Source: Schmidtea nova
Lineage: Eukaryota
NCBI GenBank assembly: GCA_044892505.1
Contig: CM097882.1
Span: forward strand, 186,000,001-186,064,000
DNA length: 64,000 bases
Direction: 5' to 3'
In this document: positions 1-14,800 of the stretch, piece after piece
How the letters are laid out: each line of letters begins with the position of its first letter
Position numbering within the stretch: position 1 is the stretch's first letter
Notes under the pieces: generated by a model
The model's database searches: none
The model's input: only the letters and a program-made list of their open reading frames with translations
Told to the model about the DNA's origin: nothing
Made by a program: the position numbers and the translations under genes

Positions 1-632
1 AACATGAGTCTCAAAAATAGAAACTGTCGCGGAAAACAAGTTTAAAGATGTTTTCCATTTAACACAATAACACTTTTCTGATGTGTGTAAAAGGATTTTA
101 ATTGCTTTTGCTGTAACTCGTGTTCTGTTCTACAATAAATACTTTTACAACATTATACCACAAAAACAATGGAATTGAGAGGAAAGGTATTGTGATTTGT
201 AATATTTTCTTGAAAAAGTGCCAATGACCTGCCTACATCCGCGATTCCGGGTTATAGTTCTACAGAACTTCCATATCCTCATGATAGCCCTTATCTGATC
301 CTATTGATTTTTATCTATATAAAACATTAAGCGAGTCTTACAAAGTCGGCATTTCACATTAAAAGAAAACTTAAATAATAAAGTCACTGAATTTTCAATG
401 AAAAACCGATGATTTTTTGCAATAAAGGCTGCTCACAGTTAAAAAAAATCAATTCTAATGAAAATTTTTTAAGATAACACTTAGGTGGTTTAATAATATT
501 AGACTATACAATATCTAAACAATCTTCATATTTAGTTAATTATTTAATGTATTTTTACTATTTTTACTATTGTATAATAAATATTTATAAAAAATACTTT
601 ATTTTATTTAAAATATATTATGAATCATTAAG

Positions 633-3600
633 AATTCTGCTACATCCACTCAATTGAAAAATGATGGATGTCAAGAAAATCATGACGAAAATCAGTCTGA
701 ATTTTTATCTTCCGAAAAGAATATTCCTTTTAATAATACATTGGATAATGAACATGAAATTGTAGAAAACTATGCGAATATATCTTTGGATTCACCCGTT
801 GTGGATACTATAATTAAAAATATCAAAAGTGAATCGAGTGCTATTAATGGTAAATTATTATTATTACTAGTTAATTGTAAGGCGCCTAAGGCGCCCGTTG
901 ACAAATCATAAAATAAATGAACAATTTGATGTACGAAATTTTTATTAAAAATTCAATTTCTTTTATTCTTAAGCAATTGAAAATTATTTCTGTTATAAAT
1001 ATGGAATGGCAAAAAAAATTGTTTTTATTGAAGAACGTCTTGAAAAACTACATTCCGTGGGAATTGTCTTTGATCGTTCAATAAATTTCCTTGCTGTGGA
1101 TTCGATTCAATAAGCACCTTCACTTGACTTGCAACTCTTGATTAATTTTTAATTTTTATTTTGCAAAATAAACTTAGAAAGCGCTGTTTAAAACTTGTTA
1201 ATCGTGTAAAAAATCTGTTAGTATTAGTAGTTCAAAAAAAATTATGATAGTGTTAGAATCAAGCAATCCGCAAGCGTTATAGAATCAGTGAATCAGCGAA
1301 TCAGTGNNNNNNNNNNNNNNNNNNNNNNNNNNNNNNNNNNNNNNNNNNNNNNNNNNNNNNNNNNNNNNNNNNNNNNNNNNNNNNNNNNNNNNNNNNNNNN
1401 NNNNNNNNNNNNNNNNNNNNNNNNNNNNNNNNNNNNNNNNNNNNNNNNNNNNNNNNNNNNNNNNNNNNNNNNNNNNNNNNNNNNNNNNNNNNNNNNNNNN
1501 NNNNNNNNNNNNNNNNNNNNNNNNNNNNNNNNNNNNNNGGATGACTATAGATCAAAATTTCTTTAAATAAGTACACAATATTTCGGCACAGCCTTTATCG
1601 AGTGTGTATTTTTCCTAATTGATGAATTTATTGATGCCCCGGGTTTCCCATGTCGCTTGGGTTTCCTATTTAGTATTCCTATTTAGTGTTTCCCATTAGG
1701 TAATTAATTATTTTAATTAATTTTAATTTTTCTAGTATTTCTTTCTGGGGGTCCCTTTTTAATTTTATATACCCATATTTGAATTCGTCTAACCATTTGG
1801 CATCCTTTCATACCAGTTTCCCCCTCTAAATCTTTATTTTTAATTTTTATAAATTTTTAATTAATATTTGCACTTTAATAATTATTTTTCCAATTTTCGT
1901 ATTTTTATTGATTTGTGCATTTTAACATGTACATTTTTCAGGACTAAATAAGAAACTAATCTACCAATGAAAATTTGACATTGTTTTAAACAGTTCAGTT
2001 AACTAAAACTATTAGATTTCCGTCAATAGATAAATATATTTTAAAAATAAATCAACTGGCCCAAATTGAATAAATCAAGCATCACTCGATAAAGACTATT
2101 TTAGATTATAATGAGATAAAAACTGTCATGCTGTCTATTATAAAACAGTCATTGTAAATTTTTGATTTTTATTATATCTATTAATTACGTATATAATTAT
2201 TGCGATTAATTAATTTGATATAAAACATAATTTGAAATGACTGAATAAGTGACAGAGTTTGTGCTTTATATGATATAAATTTTCATGTTATCAGTTACAT
2301 AAATTGTTTTCCTCATAAAAGCAAAAAGTGCTACTCAATATGGTATAAATTTAGAAAGAAATATTGACTTAGAAATTTATAATTTTATGTATTTATTCAT
2401 TTTAGATAAATCTTATGAGGAGTTATGGTCGGAACACTGTTTAACTACACAAAAGTCAAGTGAATCTAAGAAGTCGGATGAAATGTCAAATTCTCCTTTA
2501 TTGAATAATATAAACAATGCCGAAGAACCTGAAGATAATTGTAAAGAATCCAATTCAGACATTATAACACAGTCAAAGGTTTATTCATCATTAATTACTA
2601 GCAAATTAATTACGCCCACAGCTGATTTTATCTGTAATTTATTATTACGAAGATTTAATTTCCCTATTTTCTCAGTCAAGGTATTGTCATATTTTTATTC
2701 ATAAATAATATAAAGTTTATTCCAAATTCTAATAAAAATGATCAGAGTTATTTAATATTGATGGGGTATTTAGAGAGGTGACTGCTTGGTTCCATAAATG
2801 ATAATAATTGAAACTTAGAATATTTAATATTTAATTAAATGATATTTAATCAGCTAATTACTAGAGATTGACTAGGATTATTTTATAATCGAACATTTTC
2901 TCACTTAATAAAATTATTTTTGCAGCAAAGGCTTATTTTGTTACTTATTAATTAATTTATTTAATACTAGGCATTTGATGGTTTGATCTTCGCTATAAAG
3001 CCATTTGCTATATTTTATTTTCAAATTGAGTTTTGTTAATTAAAAAATTAAAAAAATTAATATACTTTCAGTTATAATAAACAAATAACTACTGGCCGTC
3101 TTACTATGCAATAAGAAACATCTATGGTGCGTCGTATGATACCCATTCTTTATATTCTCGTCTAGATTGGGATTTGTAGTGGTTCAAAGGTGTCTCGTCC
3201 TCGGTCACAATATCTACCAGACAACTGGTCCAATACGATTAAATAGGAAAAGTTTGTTTTCACAAGTAACCTTTTGTTAAATACCATAAAGTGAACCTAC
3301 TACGCAATCTCCTGATTCCAAATTAATCCTCTATTTGTGTGATTATCCTATTCTTAGACACAATTTCTTTTAATTTTGCAATGTTTTCTCTATCAATCTC
3401 GCAGGTCTTCCACTTCTTTGACTGGCAAAAACATTTGATCTTTCGGATGAAAACTCCTGAGTCAAGTTGCTCTTGAAGGAGCATTTCATCCATATTCTTC
3501 TTCAATCTGTTGAATAATTTCTTTATTTTTTACCTTCTTTAAAAGTATAAACCGAATTTCACTTCTAAATTCCACTGCGTCAAATATTTTTTTAAAAATC

Positions 3601-6600
3601 GCCGAATGAATGAAATTAAATAATAATACATTAAAGCAAACCATAGATTTAAAACCTTTATATATTTATAACCTTCATATACATTAAAACTTTGTTCTAA
3701 CTTTATTTAGTCTTGCCACGTATTTATTTTATTTTATTTTATTTGCATTTCTAAATCATATATCTTAATTGAATTTCATAAAATATATTTATTTTTCACT
3801 GATCCCATAATTTTACAATGGATTCGTACCCCGTTTAACGCTATTTCGCTTAACATTATTAAAACTTGGAACTTCATTTTTAACGGAGTTTTACTGTAGT
3901 AGTAAATGGACCAACTACATCTATTGTGGCTTTTTTGAACTGATTAGTGACTGTAATATTTTGTAACATGCTTGAATTTGACTTTTTTTTGTCCGTATAT
4001 AGTTGCCATTGGTTAAAATTTTGCATTTCTACTATCAGATTTTAATGCGGTTGATGTCAATAAAAATTTCCCAAATTCGAATTCCCGCGTGCGCCAAATT
4101 TCGGTGTATAGTTTAACTGTCTGCCTTCTTTCACTTTTAGGGATTTTTCTTTATTTCAATCCTTTTCTTATATCTTTATCTTTAAAATAAGCTTTAATAA
4201 ATTATTTCAGATTTTTAAAATCATTAAAACTTGCATAAAGTTGAATGCTGAAAGTACAGAAGACCTTTTTGGTAGAAGGAATTTTCATTAATATAAGCAT
4301 TATAAATTTTTACGTTTAGCTTTTTTATATATCACTCGTGGTTCGGATAGAGACAGTCTCGATATTGCATCCACGTTTTAAAGGATGTCTTCCTTTTTTG
4401 TATCGTATTTGCGTGTCTTTTATTTCAAACTTGGTTCTCCATGTATAGTATTGTGAAGTGTTTGGATTATCCCAGTTTAGAAATTAATTAAATGCGCCAT
4501 GATCCTTTCTGAAAGTAAACTTTCTTCCAAATAAATAGTGTTTATATTTTGTAATGAAAGCATAGACAGTATAGGGCTTGTTTCTTGTGATATGATATTT
4601 ACGTTGAAATCTAGTTAAACTTTTTGATCTGTATGCGATTACTCTTTCTTCACAATCTTGAATCCGTGAAAGTGCTGCTAGAACGGTGTAATGTGAAGTA
4701 CCAATTATTCGGATTCCATTATTTATTGAAATAAATATTATATATTAAATCGGATTTCAGACAAAAGAATATATAAAGGAAGAAGTGATAAGTCAATTGG
4801 AAAGAGTTTTGAAATGGATTGATGAGGATCATTTTAAGATCGAAATATTTCATCGAAATTAAAACTTTATTATTAAATCTTCTATTATGTTCTACGACCA
4901 AACTATAAAAGATCGTCTACATAAATAACATACGTCTTACCAAATCCGTATTTGGTCCCTGAAATCAATCAATTTAAAGTTTTAACAGATGTCTTTGGCA
5001 CAAATGAAATATCAATATTGTTTACACTAATGCAATATTTAGTAGGATTAATTATTATAACATCTCTTTTCATATAGTGTCTTGGTTTATATCGTCTTGG
5101 TTTATATCGTCTTGGTTTATATCGTCTTGGTTTATATCGTCTTGGTTTATATCGTCTTGGTTTATATCGTCTTGGTTTATATCGTCTTGGTTTTGCTGAC
5201 TTTCATTTTACACAGTCAACACAATGGTACACAAGCGTTTCATCTTTTCTTTCATGCTGATTTATTGAGATCTTTTGAAAGCTCATAATTTTGGCTTCAT
5301 CTGCTGTTTTCGTTATTATCTTTGAAATTATAATTTTCATATTTTTGAGTTTTATTCATTACTCCTAATTCAATTCTACAGAATCTGGTCATGTAACCGC
5401 TTTTATCACATTTGTAACAAATGACATCTATTTTTTAGAGATTACGTTTTATGTGACCATTTTTCTTGCAATAAAAGTAATAGATTTCACGATCTGGAAA
5501 CTGGTCTTTCTTCACTCATTTTCTTGACAAAAAAGTTAATTATATCTGTGTTTACATTCATAGGCTTTCTGAAATAATTCATCCATTTCATTTTTTAAAA
5601 TTTCTGTTTATTAAGTTGATTGATTCTTGATATTAAGTTGTCTTAAGTAGAATTCTGACTGATGTTTATCATTTTCTATTTTCAGAAGTGCTATCAATTA
5701 TTCACTTAACTTTGGATTTATATACTTAGCTGCCTTAGCGTTATTTTGACTATTAAAATTGTTGATGATATTGTATTTTTATTTTCAATCATCAAAGTTC
5801 TGGCTTCCATTCTGAAGCCAACTGCAAAATCGGGTCGTTTTTCAACTGGATCATGTTTGATTGATATTAATTTTTTGATAATTTTCATTCTATATTTGCC
5901 TTCACTGTGTAAATTTATTTTTGGGCTTTATTACCATTCCAAAGTTTTTGATGTATTTATATCAATACTGTTTTCTATTCGAATTAATTTCTATTAATTT
6001 CTGGATCTAGAGAATATTCAAAAAAATATTAATTTTCATCATTTCAGGTAATTTCGGTTCGATTTCTAGAATTTCTTGTTTTTCGTAAATAATCATAGTA
6101 ATGTAAATTCCATTATTAGAATTATAATCTAAAGCAACTTTTGGCTTTTCAACTAATCCTCCTCCTCTTACTGGTACATGTCGTTTACTGTCATCGTGCA
6201 AACTACTTCCAAATAAAAATTCTCTGTTGTCGTACCATTTTGAAAACCTTTTTTCCGCCTGTACGTAAGTATATGTTCTCCTTTTTTCTCTTTTTTGCTT
6301 TTATTTCTTTGGGAATATTAGCGCGACTTTTGCTCATTGTATCGATACAATCTGTATGTTTTTACATCAGCTTGTCCAGCAACTCAATATTTGTATACTA
6401 ATTGTCAGTATATAGACACTATTCTTGGTTTAATAAAGGATAAATTATTTCTAATACAATTCGTGAAAAGATTGGTTTATTAGGATACTGTGAATATCCA
6501 TATATCGTACTTGTACCAGTATTTAGGAAAATTTTTTAAACATATCCGCTCGCGTCTTCACAAAATGCGAACATTTTGATTCCAAACCTTCTCCGTTTAG

Positions 6601-8437
6601 AAGGTATGTATTGTTTCTAGGAAAGCTTACCTTTCCATCCAATTAGGGATTCATCAATAGTAATATTTTTCTCTGGTACGTATATAGATATAAATTTGTT
6701 TCTTATGTTCGAGCAGATTGTTCTGCAGATTGTTCGAGCAGATGAAAATTCTTCGTTATTACAAAAGGGTAAAAATTTCCGTATCAAGAAAAAGCTTTTT
6801 TTCGGTAATTATTTGAGAAAAAATGGTGATTTCTTTTTAGTAAAATACGTTTCATAATATAAATTAAAATTTTTGAAGTAATTATAAATTTAGTTTAGCA
6901 AAAAATTGTTTCAACACGCTATTCTAATGACACCAAGTTAACATATTGAAGAGCAAAAATATAATGAAGCTTGCGTTATGTTTTCCACATCGTACATAGT
7001 ATAGTTCTTTAAGAAGTTGAAGGTTGCAATGTGTACATCCCTTCTGTATTACTAGGAACGATTACCGTATATATTCGACATAATCAGTAAGAATACTTAG
7101 CAAATTCATGATGCGAATATATTTGTCATAAGCATTACTCAATACAATAGACCATGGTAAATATATACGACATGACCGCTTAAGAGATTAATGTTTTTTG
7201 ATTTCAAGTTTTTTCAAGCTTGAAAATTTTTTAGAAAAGAAATTTGATTAATGTTCGTAATGTCATGTTGCATAATAATGACAATGTTCTAAATTATATT
7301 AAAATCCAAAATTCTGATTATTTAAACACAATATGTATAATTAGCTAAAACTAATTATACACATTGAACCGAAAAGTATAATTTTATACTGTTCCATCTA
7401 TTCATAGGAGTCAGATCAATCTTGGGAGTTCATAGGAGATGACATGATGACAGAAAAAGTAGTAAGTCATAATGTTAAATGTTTGTATTCAAAGATCTTA
7501 AAATTAGTTTTCGTGATACTACCTTGACTTAAGTTTGCTTTTATAATGTGCGTCTCTTACCCTGCTTGCATTATCTATATTTATTGTGTATGTTTTTAAT
7601 TTAAATATTTTTAAGGAGATGAAAAGGTTGATGGATATTTTCCCTGGGGTAGATTTATGTTCCACTAGTGATGGACTTAATTCGGTATTTGGTGGATCAT
7701 GTTCAACATGTTCACGGCCATTAGAAACTAGTAAGTTTTATTATATTTTAATTATTTAAAAATTATTTATGATTACTTTGATGATTTAAATGGAAATTAA
7801 ATAATTAATAAATAACAAAATAAGCCTTGCCTGTAAAATTTCTTATTAAGTGAAAACTTTGCAGCAAAGGATTATTTTAACAAAAAATCTCATGTCTTTA
7901 TTTATTATGTTTAATTAATTGACAATAATTATCTAAGTAATTTGAAAGGTTCTAAAATTGTGCTTTAAAGCTTTAAAAATAATCTAACATTTCGTGAAAA
8001 CCTCCATACTCTGAATATTGAACAAAATTTCTGAATTTTATTCTATAATTTACTTTCATAAGTTGAACCTTTGAAAATTAATAAAGACATAATTTGTCTT
8101 TGGTGGGGTTGTCTAAATTAATGCGAAAATAAAGTTAAATGCACAGAAAACTGGGTGCAAATCAATAAAAAACGGCAGAATTTAAAAGGTACTAATTAAC
8201 CCTTTCACTTCCGCCATTATTTCGGTAAAATTGAGGAAAAATGAGTAATTATATCAATATTTAATGCACAACAACAATGAAGAGTCAGGAAGTGTTCCAT
8301 CTACCAAATTATACACAATTAGTGTTGTGGAAGATGTTTGGCATGAAATTCAGTCCAACAACTCACTGGGCACAGTCGTTTCATGCATCCTGGACATCGG
8401 ATGTCAAATTTGTGATAAACTACTACCTTCACAACAA

Positions 8438-8483
<46 letters not shown>

Positions 8484-11400
8484 CTTGACCTATTTGGTGA
8501 CTCAACTAATCGCCCTGTGTCTGTAAGTAAGTAAGATATATTTTGACTATTCATTTTTACATAGGCGGGTGCACCCGCGCTTGGTACACAAGTGACTAAT
8601 ACAAAGGTAATGATAAAAATTCAAGTTGGGTCATCAGAAAAAGATAATAAGAAAATACAATCTAATTAAAAATAATAAATAAATATAATTGGATAATGGA
8701 AAACCAGAGCGATAAATAAAATTAACAATCAAAGGCATCGCTGAAAAAGTCAATGCTTGAAATAGCCCTTGAGTATTAGATTATTTTCCGGAGAGTGCCT
8801 GAAAATATATTATTATTATTTTTGTAAAGACACCTATATAAGTAATGGCACTTTTTATCAAGTTTCCAGATGGTCGAAGAACGAGAACTCAAGAGAATAA
8901 AAAAGGAGGAGAATCTAAAATTCAATTAAATTATAATTAATTGACCCCCTCAAGCTTTAATATGCCAGTGTTTATACTCAATCTAATATCAATTAAATTT
9001 CCACTTGCTTTCTATTAAAACACCCATAAATAACTAACTAAATCTGAAATGTTCTGATATATACATACTTTATTTGACATACATATCTTTATAAATTTTA
9101 TGTGTCTTGCTTAATTTTTATATATTAACTTCTTCATTTTGCCCTACTTATTTTTTACTTTAAAATGACAAAAACCTTACTTATGATCATACTTCTGACC
9201 TTAACCCCTTCACTGCGGAGAACGAGTATGTCTCGCCATGTTGTGTATTGCAATTAAGTAACTAATAAAATTATTCCGCACACTGAATTTAATTTCTATC
9301 GCACACAGCATCAAAAATAACATTTTTTTCAAATTTAATCACTAGGTGGCGATAGAATAAATAAATATTTAGGACAGCTAATGGTGTAAAATATCTGGCA
9401 GCTGCCCTAGATAATATATGAATTAAATAATATAATCGTAATTTATACAATAATAAATAATTTACAAAAGTAATCCAAATAAATGCACCTAAAATGGCAT
9501 CAAGAAAAGAAAAATTGACGGCAAATGAGGTTTGAGATATTGAGCTTGACAGTGATTTTGATGGTGACATTGATTCTGGCAGTGATGATATAACAGACAA
9601 TGAAGATGACAATGTGCACAGTCTTTGGAACCCTGTAAGTTTTATTATAAAAAATGCTTTGTTTTAACAAAATTACATTACAAAATAATCCTGTCGCACA
9701 CAGCATTTCTATATGGTCGCAGCGAAGTTGTTAAATTGTCTTACTTTTGTGGTTGCTGTGGTAAATGATTATATAAAATTTATTTACTTTACTTTGTCTC
9801 AGAATAGTGTCGACCTATTTATGATGTAGAGGCATCATACTACTGTTAATTTTAGAGAGCTTTAGAAAATATTTTGTAATAGATTTAAAAATATTTTGTA
9901 ATGGCTTTCAAAATAATTTGTAATGAAAAAGAATCTAAACAAAAAAAAATGGAAGAAAAGAAAAAAGAAGTATTAAAATTAACAACAAAAAACCAAAAAA
10001 ATAAAGGAAAAATTAAAAAGAATAAAAGTCACGGAAGATTTATGATAATTGATTATTGTTTGAATCGAGCCAAGACCATTTTTAATTCATTTTTATTTTC
10101 ATCAGTAAACAATTCGTCTGTAATAGTATCAAAGATATCACTGTTTAACCTGTAATCATCAAAAGAAGCATTGCATTGTTGAAGTACGTCAGATGTTTGA
10201 ATTCTCGATACCTTGAATCACAATTAACTTTCTTAAATTGAAAGGAAGGATTGATATCTCTTGGAGATATAATATTATTTTCACAATCTATAGAAATACA
10301 CTCTTTCGTTTCCAATACATCGTCTTAAGTTTGAATGAAAACCATCGAATTAGAGTCTTCTTGTGAGAGAACGTTTCCGACATGATTAAAATGTGATGCG
10401 ATTATGTCTATAGTCATTTGAATCATAGAGAACAATATCCTTTTAAATCCACAGAAATCCAATTAAATCTTCAAATTTAAACTCTAAGTGTCCGAAATTC
10501 AATTACCAAAATTCACTCGTTCCCACTAAGCAAGATTTGAAAATTCCGAAATTCCAGTTTCCAAATTGGATCGACAAAACAACTGATTAATTCCAGAATA
10601 ATCAATTTTTCCGATAAAAAAATATCTCAAGGAATTTTTAATTCAAGACCACTAGCATAAAACATTTGCGCACACAAAACGCGATTACGATATCTAATTG
10701 CGCACACAGACGCGAATAAGCATAAAAAATCAAAAAACACAACGCGCACACAGACGCGAGTACAAAAGCAATCTCAACCACGCTCACACAGACGCGACAA
10801 CAAGAAAAATGAGAAATGCGCACATAAACGCTGAATTGTAAAAAAATAACATTGCCAATTAATCGCGCACACTGACGCTACTAAAAAAGGCTACTGCGCA
10901 CATACATGGCTCAAAATTTGGGCCATGATTATCCACAAAAATAGTCCATTAAAAAAATATTTTTAAATCCATTACAAAATATTTTGAAAAACCCTGTATT
11001 TATTCCAAATAATCTGCATTTTTATTAGTATTAGTCAAGGTTTGGTGTTCAAGTTTCATTTCATTCCAAATTTCACTAAATATGACGCAAATACTAGGAC
11101 TTTACAGGTCACGATGGTGGAGTGTGCTTCATTTTTCTTAATTTATATTTTAGATTTCTAATCTTATTTTTACCAAAACTATATAAACTATATCTCATTT
11201 TTTCAGGTAAAGTTATAATTGACCATTATGACGGAAGATTGTATTGCACTAATTGTCAGGCAGGGACAAAATCAGTTATTCCAAGAAATATAATTTATAA
11301 TTGGGATTTCGATCAAAAATTTGGTTAATTAAAAGATAATAATAAATTTATTAACCTTATTTATTCCAGTTTCCCTGAATACAAAACGGTTTCTCTCAGA

Positions 11401-11847
11401 AATAATGAGTCATCCTAATATAAATCTTGCTGAACACTTGACTTTGTTTGATGTTATTCCGGAATTATCTCGCGTGCGTCAATTAAGACACAAGTTAAAT
11501 CTTCTGTGGTTGCAAGTAACTTCATGCGATATAGAAACTTCAAAAAGAATTCGTGAAGCGATGTTTCCAAGAGATTATATGTTAGGAAGTATAAAAGAAA
11601 GCGATTTATATTCAATAGAAGTAATTGAGCTTTCAAATTGAGCTGTTGTTAAAGATTTCTGTTTTCTTAGGATTTGGTTATTTTACAAAGCGGTATTCTT
11701 GAAAAAACACTTCTTTTCGTTATTAATAAAATTGCTATACCCCATGTTAAAAAATGTCTAACATGTCGCATAAAAACGATGGCATGTGATAAATGTCGTG
11801 ATGAAAAAAAAGTTATATATATTCACGAAATCGACGAATATTGCGAG
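633..11847 (+). CDS. Host multi-exon gene, PLEKHM1/DEF8/Rubicon-homology (zf-RING_9) family; partial. Exons ~633-849, 2406-2680, 7408-7461, 7616-7730, 11207-11323, 11370-11620, 11671-11847
   Basis: GT-AG boundaries join all exons in phase. Translation gives [18 protein letters not shown]...[12 protein letters not shown]...[12 protein letters not shown]...LYSIEDL...HVKKCLTC...CDKC, the Rubicon-homology zinc motif pattern. An acidic LIR-like motif (ESDQSWEFI) lies upstream. First and last exons were not located. Confidence 0.8.
5078..5192. repeat. 15-bp tandem repeat (GTCTTGGTTTATATC) x ~8
   Basis: Directly visible; explains the spurious (VYIVL)n ORF. Confidence 0.95.
5390..6830 (-). pseudogene. 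Decayed piggyBac (PGBD-like) transposase
   Basis: Minus-strand motifs [29 protein letters not shown] and [10 protein letters not shown], with stops and frameshifts; Cys/His-rich C-terminal remnant near 5390-5470. Confidence 0.75.
8441..8480. repeat. (AT)n microsatellite
   Basis: Directly visible. Confidence 0.95.
9201..9734 (+). mobile_element. Non-autonomous piggyBac-like element
   Basis: TTAA at both ends; imperfect TIR CCCCTTCACTGCG / CGCAGCGAAGTTG; internal acidic transposase N-terminus remnant ([31 protein letters not shown]). Confidence 0.65.
10057..10925 (-). mobile_element. Probable solo LTR related to the repeat at 35205-35460
   Basis: TG...CA ends flanked by a TGATTAT direct repeat (10050-56 / 10926-32); many GCGCACACAGACGCG motifs that match the reverse complement of motifs at 35210-35350. 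Confidence 0.5.
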
Positions 11848-14800
11848 GTGAATTCTTATACATTTTTGTATTTTAAATGATTGGTTTTTCAAGTTATTTA
11901 AAGAATTTTGTTGCAAGGATTTAGAATTTAAAAATTAAATATCTCATATTTCATAAACTTCATAGCTACAAATGAAATGTAAGGTCATATAGCATCAAAG
12001 ATGTCAGTAGATATTTTTGATCCATTGTTCTAATATAAGTAGTGCTTTTTTTCGAACATATATAATGTAAGATATCAAATTGATGAATGTTGCTCTGAAA
12101 ATATTATTGATAGTGATTCTGATAGTGACAATTCCAGTGTCAAAACTAATAATGCAATTAGAATCATGTAAATAGTTTAGAAACCTGTTTTGGGGATTGG
12201 AGATGTGCTCAATCAATGGCTGCATTTTGTATATAGGGACAGCTACAAGAAGACACAAAGTTCCTATTTTATAAATAAGGCAATTTCAGTTACTGGTAGA
12301 ACAGCTTGTCAGTGATTTTCGAGACGGAATATTTTCAAAACCAGGAAAATCATCTTAAGATTAAGAAGCTAATGCTTAATGACAAGCTACATATATAACG
12401 GAATTCTTATAACGTAAATAGCAAGGACATTGTGGTATTTTTAAACCGAAAAATTAAAGGAGGAAAGCGTTAAACTAATTAATTTTGAGCCACGCATCCT
12501 TGAAGACCAGGGATTCACATTGGCGACTGTTTTGAAAAGTACTATACGATGAAAGATTATAAAATATAACTTTATATATAATAAAACATGCGTTTCATAT
12601 ATGTAAGGTTGAAAAATAACTAGTAAATTATGTATTTTGGTTTTAATATTTTTAAAGATTCTTTTAAATTATTGCCATATGTATTTGAAAACGGAACATA
12701 AAAAATTTCATCTGTAATACAGCTTCAAAGATTTTAAAATCCCACGTTACATTTTGAGATGTAAACAGTTATTCACAATTGTGACAATTACCACTTGAAA
12801 GAGTTATGTGTTAATCACGTGTTAGTTCTTTTTGTCGCTAGAGAAGTTTTATTGAGTTTTCATTCTAAGAATGTATATGAAATATTGTGATGGGACAAAA
12901 TGCTAGCGGTCAAAATGATACAGACAAAATGGTACTACTTTTGTCCGTACCATTCCGTGCTACTTACTGACATAGCAAAAGAAAAAATAAGGGCCTAAAC
13001 TTTAAGTTATTAATAAAAATACATTTTATTAAAACATGTGACTTTAGATAGATTTATTGTTATCTGAAAATTATAAGTTTTCTTTAAATATTGGCATTAA
13101 CGAAACTCAATCTTTCATGAACTGAAACCAATGTACCCAACCTATAGGCGTTGTTATTTGAAATTAATTTTTATCACATTAATTTATTCATTATAGTTTA
13201 TTTTTTTTATTTTACTAGTCTTAATTCTTTTATTATTTTTTTATAATTACTATTAATAGAAAAACGGAAAGAGCTAACACAAATATTTATGTTAAATAAA
13301 GCCAAATTATTTACTTATTTTCATAATCATGATTCTATTCCTTCAAAGTTAATGCTGTGATAGTTAGGGAACTAATTAACTACCTACATTTAAAAAAAGA
13401 AGCTATTATTCTATTAATACATAACACAACAAGCATGGCACTAAAATAAATAACAACAAACGCCAATCCAAATATATATTTTGCACAATATATTTCGAGA
13501 ACTTAATTCTCTTCATCAGGTGCTACCAAATCTCCCATTCAAATATAAATCAAATAAATCGTTTTATTCGAACAAATTAGTATTAATTTTTAAAATAAAA
13601 TATATATTTTAAATTCTATTATAGTCAAAAAATTTATATCGATTAAAAATTTTTAAATTTAAATAAATTAATCTTTTTTCATTATATATTTTTCNNNNNN
13701 NNNNNNNNNNNNNNNNNNNNNNNNNNNNNNNNNNNNNNNNNNNNNNNNNNNNNNNNNNNNNNNNNNNNNNNNNNNNNNNNNNNNNNNNNNNNNNNNNNNN
13801 NNNNNNNNNNNNNNNNNNNNNNNNNNNNNNNNNNNNNNNNNNNNNNNNNNNNNNNNNNNNNNNNNNNNNNNATGTTGTAGCAGGCGCCGTCATTGTTATG
13901 GACGGTGCCTTCGCGGTCACCGGGGACCCCCCCTTTTTGTTGGTGTATGCAATTTTTTATTATTATTATTATTATAATTTAGTAATAATTAAAAAAATAA
14001 ATTTAAATTAAGATGTAATCAATTCCTATAGTAATAATAAAAATTACTATAGGAATTAGAAAAATAAAAAATCAATTAAAAAAATTTATATCAAAAGAAA
14101 TAAGACTTACGAATAAAATGATGAAATTAATGACAATAGTTTTTTGCTAATTATATACCTACAACAAAGAATTAACGGATTTTTGGCTACTGAGATTACC
14201 CAAGAGAAGATTATCACTTAAAAGATACAAATACTAAAGAAGATTCGGAACCTGCTAATAATTATCAGAGAAAATCCGAAAATCTTTAACAACCGAAATT
14301 ATCAAAGAGCAGATCAAAAATAAGAAATTTTCAAAAGATCGAAAGAAAAAGGAAAAGGAAAAATTACTAATTAATTCTAAAAATAAATAAAGAATATTAT
14401 AAATACCGAATAATCCCCTTCCAAAATCCTTCAACAAAGAAAAGAAATATTGTCCAATAGAAATATTACTTTCCAATCAAATATAATGTTGAACAAGCGA
14501 TTGAACCATTCTATTAGTCGTTTTGTGATCCGACAGTTTGTAAAGTAACTATATTGTAATTGTTGCGTTAGCGTTAAATAACTTAGATAATATATTTTTA
14601 TTATAAAGTATCATTTTGTCTATAGTGTTTACACATAACATAGCATACACCCCGAGTGTCTGCACACAATTATCGCAAGACTCTCTCGGGATCTACAATC
14701 TTCTTACTACACTCGCAAACATAAAAAAAACAAACTACTAAAACTAACACTGANNNNNNNNNNNNNNNNNNNNNNNNNNNNNNNNNNNNNNNNNNNNNNN

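Noticed and set aside
1288-1576. ORFs running through N gaps (also ~13.6-15.2 kb, 22.7 kb, 48.1-48.6 kb, 49.3-49.6 kb, 62.4-62.7 kb)
   Set aside because: Artefacts of translating N runs.
5082-5288. (VYIVL)n hydrophobic ORF
   Set aside because: Translation of a 15-bp tandem repeat; no spacers, so not CRISPR-like either.
10150-10430. Possible second EEP fragment (ILYLQEIS on minus strand)
   Set aside because: Only a short match in a broken frame; no other EEP motifs.
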